64,000 nucleotides of DNA, taken from the NCBI GenBank assembly GCA_021325135.1, contig JAJPHT010000034.1:1-64000 (forward strand). Direction: 5' to 3'. This DNA comes from Pseudomonadota bacterium (GTDB lineage: Archaea; Thermoplasmatota; SW-10-69-26; JACQPN01; JAJPHT01). The notes under the pieces were generated by a model. The model worked only from the letters and a program-made list of their open reading frames with translations. It searched no databases and was not told the origin of the DNA. The translations under genes and the position numbers were made by a program. How positions within the stretch are numbered: position 1 is the stretch's first letter; every line of letters starts with the position of its first letter. Below are positions 50,537-58,294 of this stretch, piece by piece.

Positions 50537-50839
50537 GGGGATCTCGCTCCCGGTATCATCCACTCCGGGTCGGGACCCCGTGGGGCCAGGCCGTAGGCAC
50601 TCCGCGCCGGTGGGGAAGAGTGAGGACCCGCTAGCAACTGTCAGCGAATAACCTTGCCGGTCTGGTCGGACGGCGTGATGGGCCTGCTTGCTTGAGACGG
50701 GGGTGCTGCCGGTCGCGCCTTGGCCCGGCCTGGGCAGACTTAACCCGCGCGGAGCCTTCGCTTGGTGCCCCGCACCCGCGCGTTGCATCTTGGAATCTGC
50801 GACAGCGCACTCAAACCCGACTGTGCTCCATGGGTTCCC

Positions 50840-51229
50840 ATGCCCGCCCCACGCCGCCACCCGCCCAATCGCCTCCCGCCGGAGCGCTACCTCTATGCGA
50901 GCTGGCCGCCGGCCCCCAGCATCCCGCGGGGTCTTGTGATGGGTTGCCCAGAAAGCCAGTTCCCGGCCCAGTTGGCCCGCTTCGAGATGATGTACGGCCC
51001 CGCCCAGCGCAAATGGCGCGAACCCGATCCCCCGGCACCTCCTTCGCCGTCGCCCCCCACGTCCTCTCGGCCCGCGGAGGCGTCGGCCTCCTTGCCTCTG
51101 GTCCAGTCCCCCAAGCCGCCGAGGAGGAAGCCCGCCAAGAATAAGGGGGCGCCATCCAAGACAAAGAAAAGGACATCCTCCAGTGGGCGCAAGAGCCGCA
51201 AAGGAAGCAAAGGGGGACGAAAGCGCTAA
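50840..51229 (+). CDS. Hypothetical Pro-rich protein with very basic Lys/Ser tail
   Basis: ORF ending KPAKNKGAPSKTKKRTSSSGRKSRKGSKGGRKR; coding status uncertain. Confidence 0.3.
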   Translation: MPAPRRHPPNRLPPERYLYASWPPAPSIPRGLVMGCPESQFPAQLARFEMMYGPAQRKWREPDPPAPPSPSPPTSSRPAEASASLPLVQSPKPPRRKPAKNKGAPSKTKKRTSSSGRKSRKGSKGGRKR

Positions 51230-51325
51230 ACAGGGGGTGAGGATTCGCGGCCCCAGAATGGATCGCTGACCCTCCCAAGATGCGGTTGGCTCCCGGTGGA
51301 AAACCGGTTAGGATACGGTGAATGT

Positions 51326-51763
51326 ATGGGAATTTTCGACAAGGTTCTGGGCAGCTCCACCGACAAGCTCACCGAGGCCGAGGGCTTCGCCGGCATCGCG
51401 CTGTGCGCCATCGCCGCGGACGGCGTCATCACCGAGGAGGAGGCCGCGGGCCTCGCCACCACGCTGGGCCGGATGAAGCTCTACGCCAGCATGAGCAACC
51501 GCGACATCAACAAGATCTTCGAGAAGCTCATCAAGGTCGCGCGCAGCGACGGGCTGGGCAAGGTCATGGAGATGAGCAGCGCGGCCGTGACGCCCGGCCT
51601 CAAGCCCACGGCCTTCGCGATGGCGGCGGACCTCATCATGGCCGACGGCGAGGTCGCGGCCCAGGAGAAGACGTTCCTGGAGCGCATCCAGAAGAGCCTT
51701 GGCGTGGCCGACCCCGACGCGCTCAAGATCGTCGAGGTCATCGCCATCAAGAATCGCGGATGA
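51326..51763 (+). CDS. terB: Tellurite resistance TerB family protein
   Basis: AIAADG.I.EEE, AF.MAAD..MADG.V...E..FL......LGV; SD GGTGA at 51317. Confidence 0.88.
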   Translation: MGIFDKVLGSSTDKLTEAEGFAGIALCAIAADGVITEEEAAGLATTLGRMKLYASMSNRDINKIFEKLIKVARSDGLGKVMEMSSAAVTPGLKPTAFAMAADLIMADGEVAAQEKTFLERIQKSLGVADPDALKIVEVIAIKNRG

Positions 51764-51824
51764 GTCCGGACCACCGGAGGGGAATCCACAAGGATTATGC
51801 AGCCCCTCTGGGAGAGACGGCGGG

Positions 51825-52004
51825 GTGCAGCAGGCTCTTCGCCCCCTCACCCTCCAGGCCGCCGTCCACGCCCTCTGGAGCGACCTCGTCCTCCTCGGGC
51901 TGGCCCTGCAGGGGGCCCACATGGCCCTGGCCGAGGCTTGGGGCCCCGGCCAGGGCGCTCCCGTCGCGCAGCCGGAGCCGGACTGGCTCCGGGCCTACGC
52001 GTAG
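51825..52004 (+). CDS. Small hypothetical protein
   Basis: 59-aa GTG-start ORF with host codon bias, ending EPDWLRAYA. Confidence 0.3.
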   Translation: MQQALRPLTLQAAVHALWSDLVLLGLALQGAHMALAEAWGPGQGAPVAQPEPDWLRAYA

Positions 52005-52013
52005 GGCGCGAGC

Positions 52014-52388
52014 CTACTTCTTCTGGGACTGCTGCTCGCTGCCCGGCTGGCTGCGCGGCACGGTCACGGTGAGGACGCCGTCCTTCACCTTGGCCTCCGC
52101 GTGGTGGACGTCGGCGTCCCAGCCCACGGGGACGATGCGCTGGTAGCGCACCTCCGTGGTGGAGGCGCCGCGCTCCGTGCGGACGGGCGTGCCCTTCTGG
52201 ATGGGCTTCGCCTCCGCGCGGATGCTCACGGTGCCCGGGACCGGGCCCGGCCTCACCTCGACTCCGCCCTGGTCGGCCCCGGGGACGTCGAGGATGACGA
52301 CGTACTCGCGGCCGTTGTCCAGGACGTCGGCGGGCGGGGTGCGCTCACCAGGGGCGAAAGGGGATGGACGGCGTCCCGAAGGGCGCAT
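52014..52388 (-). CDS. Hsp20 / alpha-crystallin domain protein
   Basis: P.ADV....EY....DVPG, ER......YQR.V, A.VKDGVLTVTVP. Confidence 0.85.
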   Translation of the reverse strand: MRPSGRRPSPFAPGERTPPADVLDNGREYVVILDVPGADQGGVEVRPGPVPGTVSIRAEAKPIQKGTPVRTERGASTTEVRYQRIVPVGWDADVHHAEAKVKDGVLTVTVPRSQPGSEQQSQKK

Positions 52389-52761
52389 TCACCCCGAGGC
52401 CCGAGAAGGGCGTGACGCCGCCGAAGCCCGTGCCGAAGCCGGGGTTCTGGAGGCCCTGGAGCTGCTGCGCGTAGAGCGCGAGCAGGAGGGGGTTCGTCTG
52501 GCCCATCATGCCCTGGTGGCCGAAGGGCTGGGCGCCGATGCCCTGGCTGCCGAGGCCCTGGAACTGCGTGTAGGGGTTGAGGCCCTGCATGCCGCCCATG
52601 GAGGAGAAGGGCGAGCCCACGAGCTGGGGCACGCTCTGGCCGATGGTGTACTTGAGGAGCTGGATGCGCTGCTCCACCTCGTTCACCGCGGTCGCGAGCT
52701 GCTGGATGGCGGCGAGGGCGTTCGGGTCCTGGATCGGGCTGACGTTGAAGTTCTGCACCAT
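52345..52761 (-). CDS. Gln/Gly/Pro/Phe-rich low-complexity protein with an N-terminal helix; possible N-terminal half of the Hsp20
   Basis: SD AGGTGA 5 nt before ATG 52761; strong host codon bias; overlaps the Hsp20 ORF by 44 nt. Confidence 0.7.
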   Translation of the reverse strand: MVQNFNVSPIQDPNALAAIQQLATAVNEVEQRIQLLKYTIGQSVPQLVGSPFSSMGGMQGLNPYTQFQGLGSQGIGAQPFGHQGMMGQTNPLLLALYAQQLQGLQNPGFGTGFGGVTPFSGLGVNAPFGTPSIPFRPW

Positions 52762-52882
52762 GGGATTCACCTGTGCGGGCCGGACAATTTCCGGCCGCGT
52801 CCCCTGAAATCAGCGTGCCGTGCAAGATGATTTCGCCTGGGGTGGGCTCCAACGCGGGAGTCCGCCTCCACGACCGCTTTTG

Positions 52883-53542
52883 CTAACGCCCGGGTGCCAG
52901 CCCGGCCTCGGCGGGGGGCGCGTCCGCGTCGCGCCTGCGGCGGCGCCACGCGATCCACGCAGCCGCCGCGGCGCCCGCCAGGGCCACGGCGAGGATCGCC
53001 CACTTCCAGGCGTCCACGAGGGAGGTGACCGTCTCCCAGTTCCTCCCCAGGAGCCAGCCCACGTAGAGGAGGAAGAGGTCCCAGAGGCCGCCGCCCAGCG
53101 CGGTGGCCAGCGCGAAGCGCGCGAGGGGCATGCGCGCGCTGCCCGCGGGGATGCTGATGAGGTGGCGCACGACGGGGACGAAGCGCGCGAGGAAGATGGT
53201 GAGCGAGCCGCCGCGGCGCTCGAAGAAGCGGTGCGTCGTCTCCAGGTGGTGGGGCGTGACGAGCACGTACTTGCCCCAGCGCTCCAGGAGCGGGCGCACG
53301 CCGTAGGCGCCCATGGCGTAGGAGAGGAGCGAGCCCGCCAGCGTGCCCGCCAGCGAGACGAGGAAGGCGAGGGCGAGGCTCATGCGGCCGTCGCTGGCGA
53401 GGAACCCCGCGAAGGGGAGCACCGCCTCGCTGGGCACGGGGAGCACCATGCTCTCCGCGGTCATGAGCAGGAAGAGGCCCGCGTAGCCGAGGCTCGCCAT
53501 GACCTGGAGGCTCAGGTCGCCCAGCGCCGCGAGAAGACCCAT
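52883..53542 (-). CDS. DedA family membrane protein
   Basis: ES...PVPSE..LPFAG, FFER.G, ARFVPVVRHLISIPAG. Confidence 0.92.
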   Translation of the reverse strand: MGLLAALGDLSLQVMASLGYAGLFLLMTAESMVLPVPSEAVLPFAGFLASDGRMSLALAFLVSLAGTLAGSLLSYAMGAYGVRPLLERWGKYVLVTPHHLETTHRFFERRGGSLTIFLARFVPVVRHLISIPAGSARMPLARFALATALGGGLWDLFLLYVGWLLGRNWETVTSLVDAWKWAILAVALAGAAAAAWIAWRRRRRDADAPPAEAGLAPGR

Positions 53543-53620
53543 GCCCGCGCCCACGCGCTGGCGCGCTTTCAGGCTTTTGAGACAGGAGGGGTCAAGCGAG
53601 GCCGCCGCCATGCGCGGCCC

Positions 53621-53986
53621 ATGCCCAAGGTGCTCGCCAAGGAGATGGGCGACGTCGTCCACATGGCGCCGGGAGGCGAGGTCGAGGCGCGCCGCTTCTA
53701 CGGCCAACTCCTGGGCCTGCGCGAGACCATGAAGCCGCCCGGGGAGAAGGGGGTGTGGTTCTCCACGCCCGAAGGCGCGTTCAAGGTGCTCCCGCAGGAG
53801 GGGTTCCGCGCGCCGCTCAACCCCGTGGTGGTGGCGCGCTTCCGCGTCGACAAGGCCGAGGCCATGCGCCAGGCGCTGGACAAGGCGCGCTTCCGCCACT
53901 ACGACGCGCCCCACGAGGTGGGCACGCGCGGCTTCTACGCCCACGACCCGTGGGGCAACCGCGTGGAGCTCCGCGAGCGGCCTTGA
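53621..53986 (+). CDS. VOC/glyoxalase family protein
   Basis: ARRFYG.LLGL.E..KP, WF, FY.HDPWGNRVEL. Confidence 0.85.
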   Translation: MPKVLAKEMGDVVHMAPGGEVEARRFYGQLLGLRETMKPPGEKGVWFSTPEGAFKVLPQEGFRAPLNPVVVARFRVDKAEAMRQALDKARFRHYDAPHEVGTRGFYAHDPWGNRVELRERP

Positions 53987-54053
53987 CCGATCCGCGTAGG
54001 CTCCCCGGCGCTTGAGGGCAAGAGCGAAGCGGGCAGCCCGCCTTCGGCCGCCG

Positions 54054-54290
54054 ATGCGCGCCATCCCCACGCTGCTCGTCCTCCTTGTGCTGGCTCCCGT
54101 CGCCTCCGCCATCGACCCCCGCAAGGGCGTGGACGCGGGCCCCTGCGCCGCGAGCCAGACCACCGGCGTCGACAACTGGTTCACCACCGTCTCGTGCGAC
54201 GGGGTCCTCTACCTGCGCGCGGGCGACGGCTTCGCCGGCCCCATGTGCCAGCTGCGCGTCCTGGGCGACGCGTACCCCTGCGCGCTCTGA
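54054..54290 (+). CDS. Small secreted 4-Cys protein
   Basis: Signal MRAIPTLLVLLVLAPVASA; mature region with 4 Cys ending YPCAL. Confidence 0.6.
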   Translation: MRAIPTLLVLLVLAPVASAIDPRKGVDAGPCAASQTTGVDNWFTTVSCDGVLYLRAGDGFAGPMCQLRVLGDAYPCAL

Positions 54291-54364
54291 GGTTCCGCGT
54301 CTCGGCTCCTCTTTTCTTTCTTGCTTCCTCCCCTTGTGGAGGTTGCCTCTTTCGTCACCACTGA

Positions 54365-54438
54365 ACGCGACGACGCCACGGCGCCACGACGCGACGCTTG
54401 GGAAATCGTCGCGTCGTGGCGCCGTGGCGTCGTCGCGT
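54365..54438. repeat. Perfect 32-bp inverted repeat with arms of four 8-nt units
   Basis: ACGCGACG ACGCCACG GCGCCACG ACGCGACG - 10-nt loop - exact reverse complement. Confidence 0.9.
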
Positions 54439-54543
54439 CAAGACGTGACGAGGGGGCGGCAGCAGGCACCGACCGGCAGGAGAATCCGGGTTGCCTGCGG
54501 CCTGGAGCAGCCCCGGTGAGGACCGGACGCGCAGGCCGCCTGG

Positions 54544-54558
54544 CAAAGCCTTTATCCC
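54544..54558 (+). promoter_or_regulatory. Putative BRE/TATA promoter of pyrBI
   Basis: CAAAGCCTTTATCCC 20-25 nt before ATG 54579. Confidence 0.55.
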
Positions 54559-54578
54559 GCCCGCGGGTTCGCCGCCCC

Positions 54579-55514
54579 ATGAGCTTCCAGGGCCGCCACG
54601 TCTGCCACATCGCGGACATGACCGTCGCCGACGTGGACCGCGTCCTCGACGCGGCGGAGCGCCTGCTTCCCGCCGCGCGCGGCGAGCGCACCCTGGAGGC
54701 CGCGAAGGGGAAGATCCTCGCGACGCTCTTCTTCGAGCCCTCCACGCGCACGCGCCTCTCCTTCGAAAGCGCGATGCACCGCCTGGGCGGGAACGTCATC
54801 AGCGTCGCGGAGCCCGGCAGCACCAGCGCGACCAAGGGCGAGACGCTGGCGGACACCATCCGCATGGTGAGCAGCTACGGCGACGTGGTCGTGCTGCGCC
54901 ACCCCCGCGAGGGCGCCGCGCGCCTGGCGTCGCGCTACAGCCGCGTGCCCGTCATCAACGCGGGCGACGGCGCGGGCCAGCACCCCACGCAGACGCTGAC
55001 CGACCTTTTCACCATCCGCAAGGCCAAGGGCGAGATCCGGCCCAACACGGTGACCATCGCGGGCGACCTCAAGTACGGCCGCACCGTGCACAGCCTCGCG
55101 CAGGCCCTCGCCATGTACGGCGCGGAGATGGTCTTCGTCGCGCCCGAGAGCCTCCAGGTCCCCGCCGACATGCGCCAGCACCTGGACGCCATGGGCGCGC
55201 GCTACCGCCTGGCCTCCACGCTGGAGGAGGTCGTGGGCGAGACGGACGTGCTCTACATGACGCGCATCCAGAAGGAGCGCTTCCCGGACCTGGACGAGTA
55301 CCGGAAGGTGGCCGGCGTGTTCCGCGTCACCCCGTCCCTGCTCGCCGAGGGCAAGAAGGGCATCGTCGTCCTGCACCCGCTCCCGCGCGTGGGCGAGATC
55401 GACCCCGCCGTGGACGACACGCCCGCGGCGAAGTACTTCGAGCAGGCCGCCTACGGCGTGCCCGTGAGGATGGCGCTCCTGGCGGAGATCCTCGGCCTCA
55501 AGGGGGTCGCCTGA
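54579..55514 (+). CDS. pyrB: Aspartate carbamoyltransferase catalytic subunit
   Basis: FFEPSTRTRLSF, HPTQ, GDLKYGRTVHSL, TRIQKERF, HPLPR. Confidence 0.96.
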   Translation: MSFQGRHVCHIADMTVADVDRVLDAAERLLPAARGERTLEAAKGKILATLFFEPSTRTRLSFESAMHRLGGNVISVAEPGSTSATKGETLADTIRMVSSYGDVVVLRHPREGAARLASRYSRVPVINAGDGAGQHPTQTLTDLFTIRKAKGEIRPNTVTIAGDLKYGRTVHSLAQALAMYGAEMVFVAPESLQVPADMRQHLDAMGARYRLASTLEEVVGETDVLYMTRIQKERFPDLDEYRKVAGVFRVTPSLLAEGKKGIVVLHPLPRVGEIDPAVDDTPAAKYFEQAAYGVPVRMALLAEILGLKGVA

Positions 55515-55967
55515 ATGCAGGAGCTGAAGGTCCAGCCCATCCGCAACGGCACCGTCATCGACCACATCACCGCGGGCCGTGCCGTCGCGGTCATGCGCAT
55601 CCTGGGCCTGCCGCGCCCGGGCAGCACCAGCACCATCACCGCCGCCATGAACGTGCCCAGCAGCCGCGGCCGCAAGGACATCCTCAAGATCGAGGACCGC
55701 GAGCTGGACGCCAACGAGGTCAACAAGATCGCGCTCATCGCGCCCAACGCCACCATCAACATCGTGCGCGAGTACGAGGTGTCCCGCAAGGAGCACGTCC
55801 AGCTCCCCGAGAAGGTGAGCGGCCTCGTGAAGTGCCCGAACCCCAACTGCGTCACCAACCACGAGCCCGTGCGCACCCAGTTCCTCGTCGTCGCGCGCGA
55901 CCCCGTGAAGCTGCGCTGCGGCTACTGCGACCGCGAGGTCGCCGACGTGGCGGACCACGTGGCGTGA
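55515..55967 (+). CDS. pyrI: Aspartate carbamoyltransferase regulatory subunit
   Basis: I.NGTVIDHI, KDILKIE, CPNPNC, CGYC. Confidence 0.96.
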   Translation: MQELKVQPIRNGTVIDHITAGRAVAVMRILGLPRPGSTSTITAAMNVPSSRGRKDILKIEDRELDANEVNKIALIAPNATINIVREYEVSRKEHVQLPEKVSGLVKCPNPNCVTNHEPVRTQFLVVARDPVKLRCGYCDREVADVADHVA

Positions 55968-56019
55968 GCTCACGGCCCTTGGCCGGTCGCGTAGCCCTCG
56001 CCTCCGGCGGGGAAGCCCT

Positions 56020-56052
56020 GAATCTCCGAATCGCCGAATCTCCGCCAGAATC
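56020..56052. repeat. 8-nt tandem repeat GAATC(T/G)CC x3 plus a partial unit
   Basis: GAATCTCC GAATCGCC GAATCTCC GCCA GAATC downstream of pyrI. Confidence 0.55.
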
Positions 56053-56146
56053 CGAGGACGAAACGGCCGGGGCGAGGCAGGCTCCCCGGGCTTTCCCCGC
56101 GCGCTTCCGGAAGAGACAAGCGCCCGGCGCGCGCGTCCCGCGGACG

Positions 56147-56971
56147 ATGGCCGAAGGCGCCCTGGAGCGCATCGAGCGCCACCCGCTGAAGCGGCGCCTC
56201 TACGCGATCCTGGAGTCCTCCGAGGAGGGCCCCGAGCAGAAGCGCGTCGAGCGGGCCCTCCTGGCCCTCATCCTCCTCAACGTCGCCGCCGTCGCGGTGC
56301 TCACCGTGCCCTCCGCCTCGCTGGACCCCCTCTTCGGGACCCTGGCGCTGGCGCTCTACAGCGCGACGCTGTTCCTCTTCGTCGCCGAGTACTGGGCCCG
56401 CCTCTGGGTCTGCACCGAGAACCCGCGCTACGCGAGGCCCTTCGCGGGCCGCCTCCGCTTCGCGCTGCGTCCCATCATGCTGCTGGACCTCGCGGCCATC
56501 TCGCCCCTGGCGGTGCGCTTCCTCCTGGGCTTCACGGGCCCCGCGGAGGCGCTCTCGCTCATCATGCTGCTGAGGCTCTTCAAGGTCTTCCGCTTCGCCC
56601 CCAGCATGCGCACCCTCGCGCGCGTCGTGCGCTCGCGCCGGCAGGAGCTTGGCCTCACGCTCGCGGCCATCGGCATCGCCCTCGTCGCCGCCAGCACGGT
56701 GGAGTACGTGCTGGAGAACGGCGCGCAGCCCGACAAGTTCGCCAGCGTCCCCGCCGCCATGTACTGGGGCATCGTCACGCTCACGACGGTGGGCTACGGC
56801 GACGTGACGCCCGTGACGCCGGGGGGCCGCGCCGTGGCGGGCTTCGTGGCGCTCCTGGGCATCGCCCTCATCGCGCTCCCCGCCGGCATCCTCTCCAGCG
56901 GCTTCGCCGAGGAGTTCGCCCGCGGCCGCCGCGACCCCTCGCGCTGCCCCCACTGCGGGGAACCGCTGTGA
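56147..56971 (+). CDS. Voltage-gated-type potassium channel (6TM)
   Basis: TTVGYGD filter, S4-like LLRLFKVFRF, C-terminal CPHCG. Confidence 0.92.
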   Translation: MAEGALERIERHPLKRRLYAILESSEEGPEQKRVERALLALILLNVAAVAVLTVPSASLDPLFGTLALALYSATLFLFVAEYWARLWVCTENPRYARPFAGRLRFALRPIMLLDLAAISPLAVRFLLGFTGPAEALSLIMLLRLFKVFRFAPSMRTLARVVRSRRQELGLTLAAIGIALVAASTVEYVLENGAQPDKFASVPAAMYWGIVTLTTVGYGDVTPVTPGGRAVAGFVALLGIALIALPAGILSSGFAEEFARGRRDPSRCPHCGEPL

Positions 56972-57864
56972 GGGAGCTTCCCGCGGAGATCGCCCGCGAG
57001 ATGCCCTGGCCGCGCCGGCGCGTCGAGGCGGAGGGCGTCGCGCTCTCCGTGGTGGACGCGGGCCCGCCCGGCGAGCGCGCGCTCGTGCTGCTCCACGGCA
57101 ACCCCGCGTGGAGTTTCCTCTGGCGCCGGCTCATCGGGCCTCTCGTGGAGGCGGGCCACCGCGTCGTGGCGCCCGACCACGCCGGCTTCGGCCTCTCGGA
57201 GAAGCCCGAGGACCCGGGGTACTACACGCTGGAGCGCCACGTGGAGAACCTGCGCGTCGCGCTGGACGCCCTCGGGGTGAGGCGCGCGACGCTCGTGCTC
57301 CACGACTGGGGCGGGCCCATCGGCATGGGGTGGGCGACGCGCGAGCCCACGCGCGTGGAGCGCATCCTCGTCTGCAACACGGTGGCCTTCGCTCCGCGGC
57401 GCAGGCGCGCCTTCTCCGCGTGGCACCGCGCCTTCGCCTCGCCCGCGGGCTATCGATTGGGCGTGGCGCTGGACCTCGTGCGCGCGAGCGCCATGCGCTT
57501 CGGCGCGCGCAGGCCCCTCTCCCCCCTCGCGCGGCGCGCCTATGCGTGGCCCATGAAGGAGAAGGGCGGCCGCGTCGCGGCGGGGCGCTTCGTGCAGATG
57601 GTCCCCGACGGGCCCGAGCACCCCGAGGCGGCCACGCTGCGCGCCATCGAGGCGGGCTTCCCCCTGCTCGCCCACGCGCCGGTCCACGTCCTGTGGGCGG
57701 ATCGCGATCCCGTGATGCCGCCGCGCCTCGCCGAGCGTTGGAGGGCGAGCGGCCTCGCGGTGGCCAGCGTGGAGCACGTGGCGCCCGAGGCGGGCCACTT
57801 CTGGCAGGAGGACGCGCCGGAGCCGTTCCTCGCCAGGATCAGCGCGCTCTCCTCGGCTCGCTGA
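56968..57864 (+). CDS. Alpha/beta hydrolase, haloalkane dehalogenase/OleB-like
   Basis: HGNPAWSFLWR, GFGLSEKP, HDWGG, AGHFWQED. Confidence 0.88.
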   Translation: MRELPAEIAREMPWPRRRVEAEGVALSVVDAGPPGERALVLLHGNPAWSFLWRRLIGPLVEAGHRVVAPDHAGFGLSEKPEDPGYYTLERHVENLRVALDALGVRRATLVLHDWGGPIGMGWATREPTRVERILVCNTVAFAPRRRRAFSAWHRAFASPAGYRLGVALDLVRASAMRFGARRPLSPLARRAYAWPMKEKGGRVAAGRFVQMVPDGPEHPEAATLRAIEAGFPLLAHAPVHVLWADRDPVMPPRLAERWRASGLAVASVEHVAPEAGHFWQEDAPEPFLARISALSSAR

Positions 57865-58120
57865 GAAGCTCGGTGTAGACGATCTCCGCGCGGTGGACTT
57901 CGGGGGCGGGCAGGCCGGCCAGGTCGGCGACCTCGCGGACCTCCTCCTCGTTGGCCGCCTCGAAGACGCTCCACGCGCGCCCCTCCTGGATGTTGAAGAG
58001 CGTCTCCATGACGTCCACGCCCACGCGGTCGGCCGCCTCCGCGACGCGCTCCAGCGTCGCGCGGAAGTCGGCCTCGGACGTTCCCGCGGGGATGCTGTGG
58101 ACGGCGAGGAAGCGTTGCAT
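57839..58120 (-). CDS. DUF4242-like small protein
   Basis: M.RFLAVH, G.AW.VFEA..EE.V......GLP. Confidence 0.65.
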   Translation of the reverse strand: MQRFLAVHSIPAGTSEADFRATLERVAEAADRVGVDVMETLFNIQEGRAWSVFEAANEEEVREVADLAGLPAPEVHRAEIVYTELLSEPRRAR

Positions 58121-58294
58121 GCTCCTCCTGCGCGGGCCGTCGCTTGAGCGCGTTGTGGCCGCGTGGTCGATCGCGCGCCGCGCAAGGACGGAAGGCCGCC
58201 TCCCTGGCGCGCGCCCGGCCCGGCCCGCCCCGAAGCCTGGGCGTGTTCGAGAACCCTCTTCGGCGGGGCCAAGGCCCTGCGTGGCGTGAGAACC

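Larger units (their letters stand above)
38154..51341. mobile_element. Lower-GC defence island inserted in the terB 5' end (no integrase seen)
   Basis: Abrupt rise in A/T-ending codons after serA, reverting within terB; TTCGACA at 38154-38160 and 51335-51341, each 9 nt after an ATGGG. Confidence 0.75.

Noticed and set aside
50893-51210. Minus-strand 105-aa ORF with a hydrophobic stretch
   Set aside because: Hydrophobicity is the antisense image of the Lys-rich plus-strand ORF; neither frame is well supported
54491-56146. Long N-terminal extension of the K+ channel
   Set aside because: Alternative frame over pyrBI; the channel starts at 56147
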